The translations under genes were made by a program, and so were the position numbers. A stretch of 64,000 nucleotides of DNA, from positions 68,822,001 through 68,886,000 of the forward strand of contig NC_086097.1 of the NCBI RefSeq assembly GCF_963921235.1, in the 5' to 3' direction. The notes beneath the pieces were generated by a model that saw nothing but the letters and a program-made list of their open reading frames with translations, did not search any database and had not been told where the DNA came from. Below are positions 11,931-25,758 of this stretch, in pieces (the first letter of the stretch is position 1; every line of letters starts with the position of its first letter). The DNA is from Mobula hypostoma (Eukaryota).

Positions 11931-13154
11931 AGAAGAACAAAAGAACACTCCAAACAACTCGGCAAAAAGGTTATTGAAATGCATAAGACAGGAGATTGAT
12001 AGAAGGAAATTTCCAAGTCACTAAATATCCCCTGGAGTACAGTTAAGTCAATCATCAAGAAATGGAAAGACTATGGTACAGCTGTAAATCTGCCTAGAGC
12101 AGGCAATCCTCAAAGACAGAGTGACTGTGCAAGAAGGGGACTAGTGAGGGAAGCCACCAAGAGACCTATGACAACTCTGGAGAAGTTACAAGCTTCAGTG
12201 GCCGAGATGGGAGAGACTGTGCATACAGCAACTGTTGCCCAGGTGTCTCACCAGTCGCAGCTTTGTGGGAGAGTGGCAAAAAGAAAGCCAGTGTTTGAAA
12301 AAATAACAACTCACATGAAATCTCAGCTAGAGTATGCCAGAAGGCATGTAGGAGACTCTGAAGTCAACTGGAAGAAGGTTTGATGACCTTCAATAGTCTG
12401 ATGAAACCAAATTTGAGCTTTTTGACCATCAGACTAAAGGCTATGTTTGGCATGAGCCAAACAATACACATCAAAAACATACCATCCCTACAGTGAAGCA
12501 TGGGGGTGGCTGCATCATGCTGTGGGGATGCTGCATTCCAACTGGACCTAGAAGGCTTGTGAAGATAGAGGGTAAAATGAATGCAGCAAAATACAGGGAG
12601 ATCCTGGAGGAAAATCTGATGCAGTCTGCAAGACAACCGTGATGGATGAAGATTTGTTTTCCAGAAAAACAATAACACCAAGTATCAAGCCAAAGCTACA
12701 CAAGAATGGCTTAAAGACAACAAAGTTAATGTCCTGGAGTGGCCAAGTCAGAGTTTAGACCTCAATCCAATTGCGAATTTTTGGCTGGACTTGAATAGGG
12801 CTGTTCACTCATGATCCCCATGCTATCTGACAAAGCTTGAGCAGTTTTCTAAAGAGCAATGGGGGAAAATGTGCAAAGCTGATAGAGACCTACCCACACA
12901 GACTCAAGGCTGTAACTGCTGCCAAAGATGCATCTACAAAATACTGACCTGAAGGGGGTGAATAGTTTTGCAAACAATTACTTTGTGTTTTATATTTGTA
13001 ATCAATTTAGATCGCTTTGTAGAGATTTGTTTTCACTTTGATATGGAAGAGTCTTTTTCTGTTGATCGGTGTCAAATTAAATCCACTGCGATTCAATGTT
13101 GTGAAACAATAAAACATGAAAACTTCCAAGGGGAAATGCTTTTCATAGGCACTG
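11931..13154 (+). mobile_element. Tc1/mariner (IR/DR type) transposon, 5'-truncated, decayed transposase
   Basis: TKEHSKQLGKKVIEMHK..ISKSLNIPWSTVKSIIKKWKDYGT..LPRAG, SDETKFELF, PTVKHGGGCIMLWGC, LEWPSQSLDLNPI; right end taggcactg|TA at 13154; inner repeat gaagggggtgaatagtttt near 12950. Confidence 0.92.
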
Positions 13155-14071
13155 TACATCTGCAGTGAGTTTCAGTTTTACTGTACCATACAGCAAGTTT
13201 TTCTTTACTCAAGAATTAGGCTTTACTAACCCTGTTTAAAGGCACAACATTGAAATAACATTACTTGTTCACCCTGAAATGTGAACACCTACAACCTTGT
13301 GTGCATCTGTAACACGCTGTTTAGGGTTCTCAAGGTTACAGTCATTTTCAGCTCGGGACAATTCCAACCAGCAACTGCTGCCAACTCATACATTTGTATT
13401 GGAGCGCCAGGGTGAGGGGTGGTCTCTAAATTGGTAAATTGATTTACAATTGTCACATTTACTGGGGTACAGTGGAAAAAACTTGTCTTGCGTGCAGTCT
13501 ACAGATCAATTAATTACAATGGTGCATTGAGGTAATACAAAGTAAATAACAGTGAAGCATAAAGTCTTCTGGTACATGGAAACTGCAGTGCAGAGAGACA
13601 GTAGGTGCAAGGTCACAACGAGCAAGATCGTGAGATCTAGTCTATCTTATACTAGGGAGTCATTCAATAGTCTTACAACAGCGGATAGACTCTCTCCTTG
13701 AATGTGGTGGTACGTGCTTTCAGCCTTCTGTATCTTCTGCCTGATGGGAGAGGGAGATGAATGTCCAGCATGAGTGGGAACTTTCACTATGCTCGCTGGT
13801 CTACTGAGTCAGTGAGAAGTGCAGACCATCGCTAGAGGGAAGGCCGGTTTCTGTGATGTGCTGAGCTGTGTCCGCAACTCTTTGCAGTTTCTTGTGGTCA
13901 TGAATAGAGCTGTTTCCCTAGCAAGCTGTGATGCATCTGAATAGGATGCTTTCCATAGTGCATCAGTGAAAATAGGTGAAGGCCAAAGAGGAACTGCCAA
14001 ATTTCTTTAGCATGGAAGTACAGACAGATGAGCTTTCCTGGCTGTGGTTGGACCAGAAAAGGATTTGGTGA

Positions 14072-14212
14072 TCACAAACAAGATACAATATGCAGATGCT
14101 GCAAATCCAAGCAACACACCCTAAAATGCTGGAGGAACTCAGCAGGTCAGGCAGCATCTATGGAAAAAAGTAAACAGTCGACGTTTCAGGCTGAGACCCT
14201 TCGACAGGACTG
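14072..14212 (-). mobile_element. Penelope pLTR terminal fragment beginning at the hammerhead motif
   Basis: Same terminal block as 11404-11545; inserted in Rex1. Confidence 0.85.
14175..14212 (-). ncRNA. Minimal hammerhead motif (stem I intact, core A6 mutated)
   Basis: Reverse complement: CAGTC-CTGTCGA-AGGGTCTCAGCCT-GAAA-C-GTC-GACTG. Confidence 0.65.
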
Positions 14213-15954
14213 GGGTATTGGTAATGTTCACTCCTAGGAACCTGAAACTGTCAACCTTCAGTTGTCAAATGTCATTCTCAAGGAGAAGGAAATTCATGTA
14301 CATTCCCTTCATCCAATGATGTAAGGAGAATGGGTATATGACAATTTAGCTGTATTTCAGTTGTTGCCAAAAGGGTAGACATTCCCTAGAGACATCCCTG
14401 GCAAATTACTGCAAGGAATTCCCCAGGAGAGTCTTCCCACAGGGCAAATATATTTCCTGTAGGCACTGTTTATCACCAGCCTTTGCAGGTGCCTCTGACC
14501 TTCTGCCAGCACTGTCCCTCAAACACCCTTATCCCATCTTTGCAGCATCCATTCCTTTATTGGCGACACTCCCCTGTAATGGCAAAAGTGTTACTTGTCC
14601 CTTTGTGCTGTCTGCAAGATCACACCTAGCATCCTTCATTGCAATAACCACAAGAGCTTTACTGAAACTGTACAGGACTCAGAAAAAAAGCATAGAGCGT
14701 CTTATAAGGGCATGGCCTCACAACACAGTAGTATCATGTAGCCCTATTAGGGGCAATTAAGTATATAGAAGTAATATTGAACTATTTCTTTGCTGTATAA
14801 CAATCAATAACACAACTTAACATGTTTCAGTTGTACTGCGCATCATGAAATAGCCTACAAAAACTAGTCATTTTCTTCTGGAATTGCAAAATGATCGAAT
14901 GTATTTACTTGGCTTTTTAATCAAACAATCTGAAGAAAGAGGAATCTGTAGAGTGGCATTCTCAATGATTTGCCATCAGAACATCATAGTGTTCAGTACA
15001 ATTTTAAAGATGATCTAAATTTTGAACTTTACATATCATAATAATGTCAAATAAAGAAAAACAGAGCTGAGAGACAATAAACAAAAATAAGCAGCATTAA
15101 ATTCCTGAACAATGGATATAAAAGCCTTAGAATATTGGGATTTTGTATGTTTTTTTTTGTAAGGTGTTTACAAAGAGCAGCTGCAAGCTGGACTGATAGG
15201 AATTCAAAATTTATTTAAATTTTATTACCCAAAATATTTCAGTAATTGGTGTACTGTATTTTCTGAGGTATGTTTCAGGTAAACTGAAGATTAGAATTTG
15301 GTTAACAATAAGCAACTAGTAAACATTACTGCATGAAGAACTTTGCCAAAATGAAACCACCCCAAACTGAACATCCACCTTAGTGCACTGCTCATAAGAT
15401 TGAACTAAATAAATGTTTGCACAATATTTCTTCTGTAACAAATACACAATGTCCTGTTGGCAGCTAATTGTCATGAGTCACGTGATACATGTTTTATTTT
15501 ATTTGATGATCACTCATTATATCATTCTCACTTTTTTACAATTTTACACAGATTATTTAGAGAGACTGAATATTACAACCTTCCACAACCCATCTATTTT
15601 AACTTTTATTTAAAGTTGCTCTGTATTAATTATTGATTTTTTTTTCTTTACTCAGGCTGTTCTCAGATGTGTTAAGTTAACAATTTTTACCATAACTGTG
15701 ATAGTTTTTCTTGTTGCCAACTTACTTGTAAACATCATAAGAGAATAAACATCATATGAGAGTGTTTGTCAGCCTGATCCAGTAAGAAATTTAGTTACAA
15801 GCATTAGGAAGATATAACAATATTTAAATAATAACTTTAAAAATCCACAATATATACAGCAGATACAAAACAATTTTTCTTTTGTATATCACATATGTGA
15901 AGCTTAAATATGTAGCTGAATTGGAACTTAACAATCACTATTAATATTAATGCT

Positions 15955-16375
15955 AATGGAGCCCCATATCTAGGGAAGGAATGTACTGGCTTTGAAGAGG
16001 TTCTCAAGGGGATTTATAAGAATGATTCCAAGAATGAAAGGGATAATGTATGAGGAGCATTTTATGGCTCTGGGCCCGTACTGAATGCAGTTTCAAAGAA
16101 TGACTGAAACCTACAAATTATGGAAAGGCCCAGAAAGAGAGGATGAGGGGAGGCCAGATAGTGGTGAATCATTGCCACAGGCAGCTGGGGGTGCCACGTC
16201 ACTGGGTATATTTAAAGTGGAGGTTGATAGTTTCTTGATTAGTAAGGGTGTCAGAGGTTACAGGGAGAAGGCAGAAGACTGGGTTGTGAGGAAAAGTAAA
16301 TGAGCCATGATTGAATAACAGAGTGAACCTGATGGGCCGAATAGCCTAATTCTGCTTCCATGTCTTTTGGTCTTG
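15955..16375 (+). mobile_element. CR1 LINE 3' fragment
   Basis: PYLGK, RMIPRMKGIMYEEH and SLGIFKVEVDSFLISKGVRGY segments, then 3' UTR. Confidence 0.8.
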
Positions 16376-18841
16376 ATGCCTAATAATTATTCTACATAAT
16401 ATTTATGTAATCAGTTTCTAAATATGAGCAAGTAATATTATTGTGCTGTTCTTAAGATTTTTAGTTCCTGGGAATTGGCTCTTCTAATGAGTTTTATTTA
16501 TACTTGCAGCACATAGCATTTTTAAAAAAATTCTTATTGAAGGAACTGCATGGGTAAAGCACAATGGAGTTTGTACAGTTATTTTCTGCAGATTCTTTAG
16601 AATCCTGCTAGTTTGCATAACTTTGATAAACTTCTTTTCAGTAACTTCGCTAAATGATCTAATTTCAATGATTGATATTCCCAAAATTTAAAAAATAAAC
16701 AAGGATATGTTTCATTGAAATAGTCAAGATCCCAGTTTCAGTGTTTCTTCCAGAACCATCACACACTCTTTAGTTCTTAGCACTAACTATAGTGACTAAA
16801 ATAAAGAAAATAAAACAAATGTCTGAAAAGACGTTGCAATAAAAGCCACTGGTCATGATATAATGCCATCTGAAGCATATTAGTAAGGCTGAGGGTAGTA
16901 ATACTGTAAGCAGGATGTTTAAAGCATTATGAATTAATATATTCATAGGAATAAAATTGAATTGGTAATTTATTTTCATTGCAAACTTTTTTGGAATGTA
17001 AATCTTGTTTTCAGAAGTATACTTCTATCTCCTAGGAAACCGCTTTTAGCCTGCCACATTGAAGAAAAAACCAACAGCTGCTTTTGTTTCTAGTGTAAAG
17101 CTTCCCCTTCATCTGAGCTCTTGCTTTTGAAAGTGTCTAGACCACACTGTGGTGTTTATATATCTGCACCTGTCTTTCGAAAAGCAGATAATTTTTATTT
17201 CTTCAGTATTTTGAGTTTGAATATGCTCAACTCTTTACAGAACATATTATCACACTCACACAAATGAGGTCATTATGTGGACATGGACACATTCTTGATA
17301 AGAGCAAGAATCCTGAAGAAACACAGCTGTGTGATGGATTATTCTCTCTGTAATATATTAAGACCTATACTATGACTTTTCAAATGTAATATTGCATTCT
17401 AGCATTCATTCACATGAGCTTTCAAACCTTCTTTACCTTGTAATTCACCGCTTTGTCTTATCCATAAATGATTTGGGGGTTTAAAAGAAATGTCAGAGGG
17501 AGTTATGTCTTAACTGTTGCTGGGATTATTCCCAGTCACATGGCCACTCTGTGCCACAAGTAGAGCACAAAAAGGTGACAAAGGCAGTGATTTCCTGTCA
17601 GTTAAGAGTAGGACAGGGCTGTCTAGAAGTGATGCAAATGAGGGAAACTTTCACCATGGTTTGTTTGATTCACTCAGGGTCAAAGCATGCCGGGCTGAGA
17701 CACAGAGCAGGAAGAGACGGAAAGGAAATATATCCAAAGCCTCTCAAGAAAATACAGTAGGTCTTCAGAAACTGAATTCCAGTGTCTTCGTCTATGTATC
17801 CTTTTGCTAAATAGAACGCTGCAAGTACCATCCCAATAAAATTGTTTGACTGTAAAAAGGGTATAATTTTAAAATAATTCTCAAAGTTTCTAGCCATGAA
17901 ATCAACATTAGATAGAACTGGTTCCACTCTTATGATTCACAAAAGCTGACTTGTATCAATTGCTTCAAAAGAATAGATAAAATTATTTTGGTAATTTATC
18001 ATTTGGAAAATTACTCCACCACTGATACTCGGTTGCTGGTTTGTAGTCCAGTGCCTGATTTCTTAAAAGATTCAGTAATTATTTTTCATGCAATTGTTTT
18101 TGAAAACATTTGTCTTGCTTTGAAATGATTTTGTAAATTATACACGGGGAAACAGACCTTCAAAATCTTTGCAGCAAATATGATTATGCAACTACTCGAC
18201 AACAACCGTGGCAGGTTGTTGAGTGATCAAAAACAGCATTAAATTGCTTTGTTGAAGCATGTTATGATCTGAACTATAAAATATAATTAGCATTAAATTG
18301 CTGGTCATGGCTACCACACCTGTGAGTGCAGTTTCATGAATCAACTAAATGTTTCACTATGTATAAGGGCAATTGGATTGACACTTAAAATGAAGTCAGA
18401 GAAAGAATGTTTAAAATGAATAGATTTTCTAATGGGCAAAAAGGTACCCCTCAATATGCGATATTGCTGTCCTCTGGTTTAATGAAATTTTCAAAAGTTT
18501 ATTTGGCTAAGAACGGTTAATAAATTCCTCACCCATAATTTCAGTATCAAAAATAACTTGTCATAACAACTTGTCATCTGATCAATTGTCTTTCTGTAAT
18601 ATAAGCATGATGTAGGTTGTACTTTGCTCAAATGCTTGCATGTTAGTTATCACATTCCGTTGCATTTGTAATGAATAGGGGACAGCGTTGGCAATTGTGT
18701 TATGTGTGACCATGTGTTGAGTTTTAATGTGCTTTTATGGCTGATGAAAACCTTTGAAAATACCTAGAATTTGCATTTAATTCACACCTTCAACAGAGCA
18801 AAATGTCCCTCGGTGCTGCACTGGATTAAACCCTCAGAATC

Positions 18842-18851
18842 CTAAAAATAG
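18842..18851 (+). promoter_or_regulatory. Perfect MEF2 consensus site
   Basis: CTAAAAATAG; motif match only, in AT-rich DNA. Confidence 0.2.
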
Positions 18852-19807
18852 CCTCAATAATGAAATAATGTCTTCCAGCTCTAAGTTTTAATTACAGTCA
18901 ACAGTGAGTCTCAGTTGTTCTGGGCCAGATTTCAAGCGGCAATATTGCAATTGATTTAAATGCTCCAAAGCTAGAGGGGAAAAATTCAGGCAGAGTACCC
19001 TTCTCTCCATGCACATTAAATATTGAATAGTGGTAGGGTTTGATTATTTTGTGATGTTTCCATCACCAGCCAGTCACCTCGCCCCACAGCTCCCTGGAAG
19101 ATAAACTGTTACTGTACACCATATTCTTCATGTGAAAAATTTGATCACTGATATATACCAAACAGGAATAAAGATTGTTAAGAGGGGAGGCAAACAAAAC
19201 TATTCAAGTGTTTTAAGTCTTCATAATTAACTTTCCCTCCCCGGAATAAGGCTTGGATCCATCCATTTATAGTAGAAACTGAATATTTGGAGTTCACATC
19301 AACCTACTCAAACACTAACTATTTTTTAAACAGGCAAGATGTAGAAGGAGTCATATCACTTACTAATGACAGTTGTTGCTATACCTGCAGGGGGAAATAA
19401 AAATACAATATCGTGGCTCAGTAGTTCAGTGGTAGAATGTTGGATCCTCAAGTCCAAATATCCAGAAGCATTCATAGTGAAGTTTCTGTTATGAGCAGAA
19501 TTAATCTTCACAGTTGTTCCATCTGGATGCACCCATGATTTGGTTATTGAATAAAGGAGTAACGTTGATAGGGTATCAGAAATGTCTATCAACAAGGATG
19601 CTCCAGCTACTTCAACAAGAGGTTTCAGGTGGTATCAGATAACCTAGGTTGCCAAAAAATATGCTGGGGAAGCAGAGTCTCCTGTAGTCTTTACGCAAAT
19701 TTAATAAAAAATAATGGCTACTACTCTGTGTAGAATCACCGTGATAATATGTCCCCTTGAATACCTAAGCCTCTTTATCCAGTTGTTCAGTTACTGAGAT
19801 AAGAACT

Positions 19808-20022
19808 TGATGGTTGCAATCCGGTACATACTACCTGAACAGTTAGTGGAGGCAGGTGCTCTCAAAGCACTTGCATATCAAGCACACACTTGAAATGCCA
19901 ATGCATAGAAGGCAGCTGACCAAGAGCAGCTAAATGGGATTAGTACAGATAGGTTCTTGATGGTCAACATCATTATGGTGGGACAAAGGGCCTGGTTCTG
20001 TGTGGTATGACTTTATGCCTCT
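19808..20022 (+). mobile_element. Old CR1 3' end
   Basis: LPEQLVEAG remnant and 3' UTR gggacaaagggcctggttctgtgtggtatgactttatg. Confidence 0.6.
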
Positions 20023-20316
20023 AAAAATGGACAAGAATACCACAGATCCAGTCACTTAGTCTTCAGTTAATTTATCTCAGCCAATTGTCCTTATTTCCAT
20101 AGGTTCAGAAGGGCACTTTTCTTCACTGCTACACAGGAATAAACTGCAAGGCTATTCTTTTGAGGATAACAGCTGGGAAAACTGGACAAAGTATCTTGCA
20201 TACTGCTAAAGTTCACACATAGTAATTGGCTACTATCAGGAAGGATAACAAGAAAGGGAGGATGATTCCACACCTCTGAAGAATTAGAGGCTTCAAAAAG
20301 AGAAAGCAAGAATACT

Positions 20317-21497
20317 TAGAAACATAGAAAGCCTACAGCACTATACAGGCCTTTCGGCCCACAAAGCTGTGTCGAACCTGTTCTTGCCTGAGAAATTACC
20401 TAAGGTTACCCATAGCCCCCTATTTTTCTAAGCTCCATGTACCTATCTAGGAGTCTTTTAAAAGACCCTATCATATCTGCTTCCACCACCGTCGCCAGCA
20501 ACCCATTCCATTCACTCACCACTCTGCATAAAAAAAACTTACCCTGACGTCTCCTCTGTACCTACTTCCAGGCACCTTAAAACTGTGCACTCTCATGCTA
20601 GCCATTTCAGCCCTGGGAAAATGCCTCTGTCTATCAACAGGATCAATGCCTTTTATCATGTTATACTCCTCTATCAGGTCACCTCTCATCCTCCGTTGCT
20701 CCAAGGAGAAAAGGCCGAGTTCACTCAACCTATTCTCATAAGGCATGGTCCCCAATCCAGGCAACATCCTTGTAAACCTCCTCCGCACCCTTCCCATGGT
20801 TTTCACATCCTTCCGGTAGTGAGGTGACCAGAACGGAGCACAGTACTCCAAGTGGGGTCTGACCAGGGTCCTATATAGCTAAAACATTACCTCTCGGCTC
20901 CTAAACTCAGTCCCACAATTGATGAAGAACAATGCACCGTATGCTTTCTCAACCACCGATTCAACCTGCACAGCAGCTTTGAGTGTCCTATGGACTCGGA
21001 CCACAAGATCCCTCTGATCCTCCACACTGCCAAGAGTCTTACCATTAATACTATATTCTGCCATCATGTTTGACCTACCAAAATGAACCACCTCACACTT
21101 ATCTGAGTTGAACTCCATCTGCCACACCTCTGACAGCCCTCCACACTATCCACAACACCCCCAACCTTTGTGTCATCAGAAAATTTACTAACCCTTCCCT
21201 TCACTTCCTCATCCAGGTCATTTGTTAAATTCACAAAGAGAAGGGTTCCCAGTACAGTTCCCTGAGGCACTCCACTGGTCACCGACCTCCATGCAGAATA
21301 TGACCCGTCTACAACCACTCTTTGCCTTCTGTGGGCAAGCCAGTTCTGGATCCACAAAGCAATGTCCCCATGGATCCCATGCCTCCTTACTTTCTCAACA
21401 AGCCTTGCATGGGGTATTTTATCAAATGCCTTGCTGAAATCCATATACACTACATCTACTGCTCTACCTTCATCAATGTGTTTAGTCACATCCTCAA
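20317..21497 (-). mobile_element. CR1 LINE (subfamily B), 5'-truncated RT plus 3' UTR
   Basis: ORFs 21064..21489, 20879..21127 and 20516..20851: VDVVYMDFSKAFDKIPH, SGVPQGTVLG, SKFSDDTKVGG; (TTTCTATG)n-type tail. Confidence 0.95.
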
Positions 21498-24400
21498 AAG
21501 CTTGTGAGGAAATTAAGAGAAAACACGAGCCACAGTGGCAGCTGAGAACTAACCTTGGGTATTAAGAAGAAAAACACAGATCCCACTCAATATTAAATGT
21601 ATTATGATTAGTTGCGTATCATGATATTCTCTTATGACATCTAATGATCAGAGCTGTAGTAGAAAATTACACTTTTAAAAAAACATGCAGATTCCTCAGT
21701 GATGCGAGATGGCTATTATTCTGTGATCTCAGCTCAGGTTCTAAGAACTCCAGCACCGTGGCATCAAGCTAAAAATAACTAAAGTTTAAATGAATCAGAG
21801 CTAAATAATCTAAAAAGGGAATACAGAGCAAATCAATCAGTATCCACAAGAGAAATGAAGGTTAATGTTTCAGGATGAACCCAAAACCATTGAGTATTTC
21901 CAGCACTTCTGTCCAAGAACCAGGACACAATACCACACTAGAAAACAGTAATTAGAAAGCCGCAAAATTCATCTCTATGAATTGAGATATGATTAGATTG
22001 GTGCACTTAATTTCCTCTCATTTCTTCCATGATGATTATTAGATCTTTTGCCAAGAATTTATACTTTAATCCACTTAATGGAGATGAGAAACTAATTAAT
22101 ATTTTTTTTCCTTTAATGGAATGCCACCAACAAAAGAACCATCTTTAGTGAAAAGCAAAGTATTTCACAAGTATACATGTGTCTGAAAGTGGATGCCATT
22201 TTATGTGTAAACCAGAGTATTGCTTGGTTTCAACTAAGCTCTTCCAATTGATGATAAAAATTAAAGCTAACTCATCACGAGGACCACATTTACAATGTAC
22301 TGGAATGTATCATATTGCAGAACATGAAACTGCAGAGCAAGTGTGTTGGATGTTAATGTAATAGTGAAGGCCAGAGGAGAAAATCTAGCTGCAGCTGAAT
22401 CAGACTGAAGGAAACTGAATTCACAGTTGGTGGAGTTGCAGCAATATTGTCTGTTTCGAAATGATGATAAATTTACACAGCTAGTAATAACTAATACTCT
22501 GAAAAGCATTAAAACTGTGTTAAATAAGCTGTCAGAACTGCAAAATTAAACAATGGAAACTTTAGGTTTAAATGAAATAAGTGAACAAGCCACAGCATCA
22601 GACTTTGCAGGTACATATTTCATGGTTGAAATCAAACTGTCAGAGAGAAATGCACATTCTGGAAATGCTTTGAAACCTACTTCTAAAATCTGGCAAAGTA
22701 GCGCGATATGTGCTGGCCGACACCTTGCCAACTAAAATCAGATACATAACAACACATTCAATAACAATTGCTGGCAACTCAGTGAATGTTTGAAGCCACA
22801 GGAATTGTTCCCAGGGGCAGAGAAAATTTCCAAAAGTTTCAGACTAGCCTTTTGGTGACATATAAAAGATGATAGGAAACTTGGGGAAAACATGGCAGCA
22901 GAGCTGTACTTCAGGGCCATTTAACTTTGAAGGATATGCTTCATTGAAACCATAAAATAGAGGCACGGCCTATTTTGAACAGGAATAATACCACTTGGGA
23001 TTGGTGGTGACACAAACATCATTAAGAATGCCATATACAACACTGTCATTAGTTCATATTGTAAAAGCAAATATATATCACAATTGTGCATCAATATAAA
23101 CAAAACAGCATTTTTCAAATACAATGAACATGTATATACATTTATTTAGAAGAGGTTATTTTTTCCATAAGCCTTGTCTCCAATTTGCTGTGAAGTGTGA
23201 ATTCAAAGATTTACTATTAAGTGGATAGCTCAGGGATCTCATTCCAAAACAAAACCTTTGTTTTCGTACAATAAACCCATTAGTAGATGGGTCAATGCAT
23301 GATTTCTTTGAGAATGTGGATGTTGGTGCATCTGAAATTCAAATGACAGCCTCAGAACATGGCACTGTGCTATAGAATAATACCCATCAGCAGCCAATCA
23401 CATTGCATTATTTCAATAAACAAATCAACCTTTTATACACAGATGCAAGGCAACATCAGAATGCCATATTCTTAGGGGAAGTAAATTAGAAGTCTGAATT
23501 TTTCTTAAGATTCTCCCACCCCTCCCCCATAAGCCACACCGCAAAATACCACAGGGAAAATAGTCCTCTTTCTGGATTTGTCACAGATGGAAATATAGTT
23601 TAAGAAGATATGACAACGGGAGTTCTGAATGTTTGATAGGAAAAATACAGCCACAAAATTATGGTATTGTTTTAATATTCTAAACTTAAAAACTTGTGTA
23701 GAAATAATTCATTTGAAACACAAGGGGATTGGTAAAGTGCCTTTAAATTGCAGAATTGTAATGTAAAAACAGAGCCTTCTGTCATGTGAGGTGGTCAGCA
23801 TAGTTGTTGGTCAGCTGCTTTGAACTCCAACATTAGCTGAGCATGCTTTCATAGTGTGCAAAGAAAAAAGAGATTTTAAAAGCTGCTTGTTACAAAACTG
23901 ATATTAAAGCAAAATCTTGTCCTTACTATTTTGCCAACATTCTGCATATTATCAACAGGCGGAATTTCCAAGCAAAATTTACTGACAAATGACAAAGACT
24001 GTATTTTATTTGTTCAACAAAACTTTCATCTGCAGGGGTTAATATGCAGGAGAAAATCTTTATCCTTCTAGAACAAAAGGGAAAAAATACCTTTATATCA
24101 GCATTTAACAAAAAGAAGAACGGAGTAAAGGAGATTCTAAAGATAAAGTTCAGTGGAGGTGAGGAGCGAAGCTGTGAGAAGATAGTAACGGCAAATGAAG
24201 CAGTCTGCTTGATTCTTCTAAACAAGCCCTCCTCAGCTAAGGGCTACTTTGAAGTTTAAAGAACTTGCTTCTTTCAGGAGTCTGTGTGTGCATCACTGCC
24301 CACCACTAATTAGCAGCATGCCAGTTTCATCCAGGTAAAGGAAGGACCCCAAATGTGGTGCATTCAAATAAAAATCAAAGAATACACAAACCCCTTTGTG

Positions 24401-25285
24401 CTTACTACAGTGCTTCAAAAATTCTCTTTTCATGTATGTAGTTATGCCCCTGGAGAATGCATGTGTGATTTGCTCTCACAGCTACTCTTGCTTCTCTCCC
24501 AGGGCTGTTCCTGCATGTGGTCTGTTTTCTTTCCTCACGGTTTCTCAAAAAATACAAAATCTGATTGCTCCTTATCTATCACTCCTGTACACCACCTACG
24601 GATTAGTGGCATCCACCCCCCACTGGCAGTGTGACAAACAATGCCCCCGGCTGCTTCCATTACTTTAGCTGATAATGCACAAACCTGGACCAGAGACATT
24701 TCTCCTGCTGCCACTCTTTAAAATGATAGTAAGTTCTGATGAAGCCACTAAGATAAGAGAGAGGCTCCTATTTGACCTTGAATTTCCATTCCTTGTATAA
24801 AAATGAAAAATTACGAGAAGAGCCAGAGGGTGGTTGTTTCTTGTCATTATCCTGTTGTCAATTCTGATGGTGGTTATTAATTTTTTCCTTTACGATTCAC
24901 AATCTGCTCTTTGAAATGTGCCATATGTTCAAAGCAATTCAGGGATGACAACTGTCAGAATTACAACAATAAAAAATAGCCTAAATGAGGCAGATTTACT
25001 GCTGTGGAGGTTTGGCTGAAAATAACCCCAGAAATGCTAACATATTACTCCTTCCCTGTTTTAAAATGCCATCGTATCTATAGTATAAGCTTCAAGTTTT
25101 TTTAAATCAGTAAAAGAACAAAACAATATTCTACAACATTGAGAATTTAATAGTTTATGTAACTGAAAGATGCTGAAATACACATTCCTCATTTTTCTCT
25201 TTGAGACTATTTAAATTAATACTAGATTCTAAAATATTTGTTTTAATCTTGTGTAAAATAACAACTCAAAGCAATAGAGGCTGCC

Positions 25286-25302
25286 CTATTTATAACTGAT
25301 AA
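25286..25302. promoter_or_regulatory. Adjacent MEF2 and GATA consensus sites
   Basis: CTATTTATAA followed by c-TGATAA; motif match only. Confidence 0.2.
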
Positions 25303-25758
25303 AAATTCATTGAAACCTGACTGGTATCGATGCAGTGATAAACCATACTCCTGGCAAATTTTGTTCTTACAGTTTCTGAAGGGCAGACTAATCTGTCTGA
25401 AGCTTCAAATAAAAACACACACTGTAAAGTAAAGCCCCTGCTTGCATTGACTATTCATTTTGTTTCAGTCTATTTATTAATCCTGTCTCCTTTATTTCTG
25501 CTTCACTATAGGAAGGATTCTTCATTCCTTTATAAAATTAAACTTAATAGAATGTGATAAAGGGAACTCTTTGGCAATTATGATGTCTGCACTCTCTGCT
25601 GGCATGCAGGAGATGGAAATGAAGTTGGGGACAGGGAAGGGAATTCTAATAGGCACCATGATATATACAATGAACGTCAAAATGTCCACGGAGAGAAAGA
25701 CTTGTCAGGATAATCAGATTTTCCATAGCCACATAAAGACAGTAACATAGGCTCTAAC

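Larger units (their letters stand above)
13426..14262 (-). mobile_element. Rex1/Babar-type LINE 3' fragment interrupted by a pLTR
   Basis: VDSFRFLGVNITN ... HRCTMESILFRCITAC ... KKLQRVADTAQHITETGLP ... LPSGRRYRRLKART. Confidence 0.8.

Noticed and set aside
24401..24433. Possible alternative first exon ATG AAA AGA GAA TTT TTG AAG CAC TGT A|GTAAGC
   Set aside because: It ends in phase 1, whereas the next AKAP6 exon must start in phase 0; no other support.
1..25758. Next AKAP6 exon (RYSVEMSIRH...KWELLG-like), and the preceding exon (..QWKELQRQIKRQHSWILRAL..) in 31361-64000
   Set aside because: Not found by eye; a KWDL-like match near 8950 has in-frame stops. A tBLASTn is needed to exclude them firmly.
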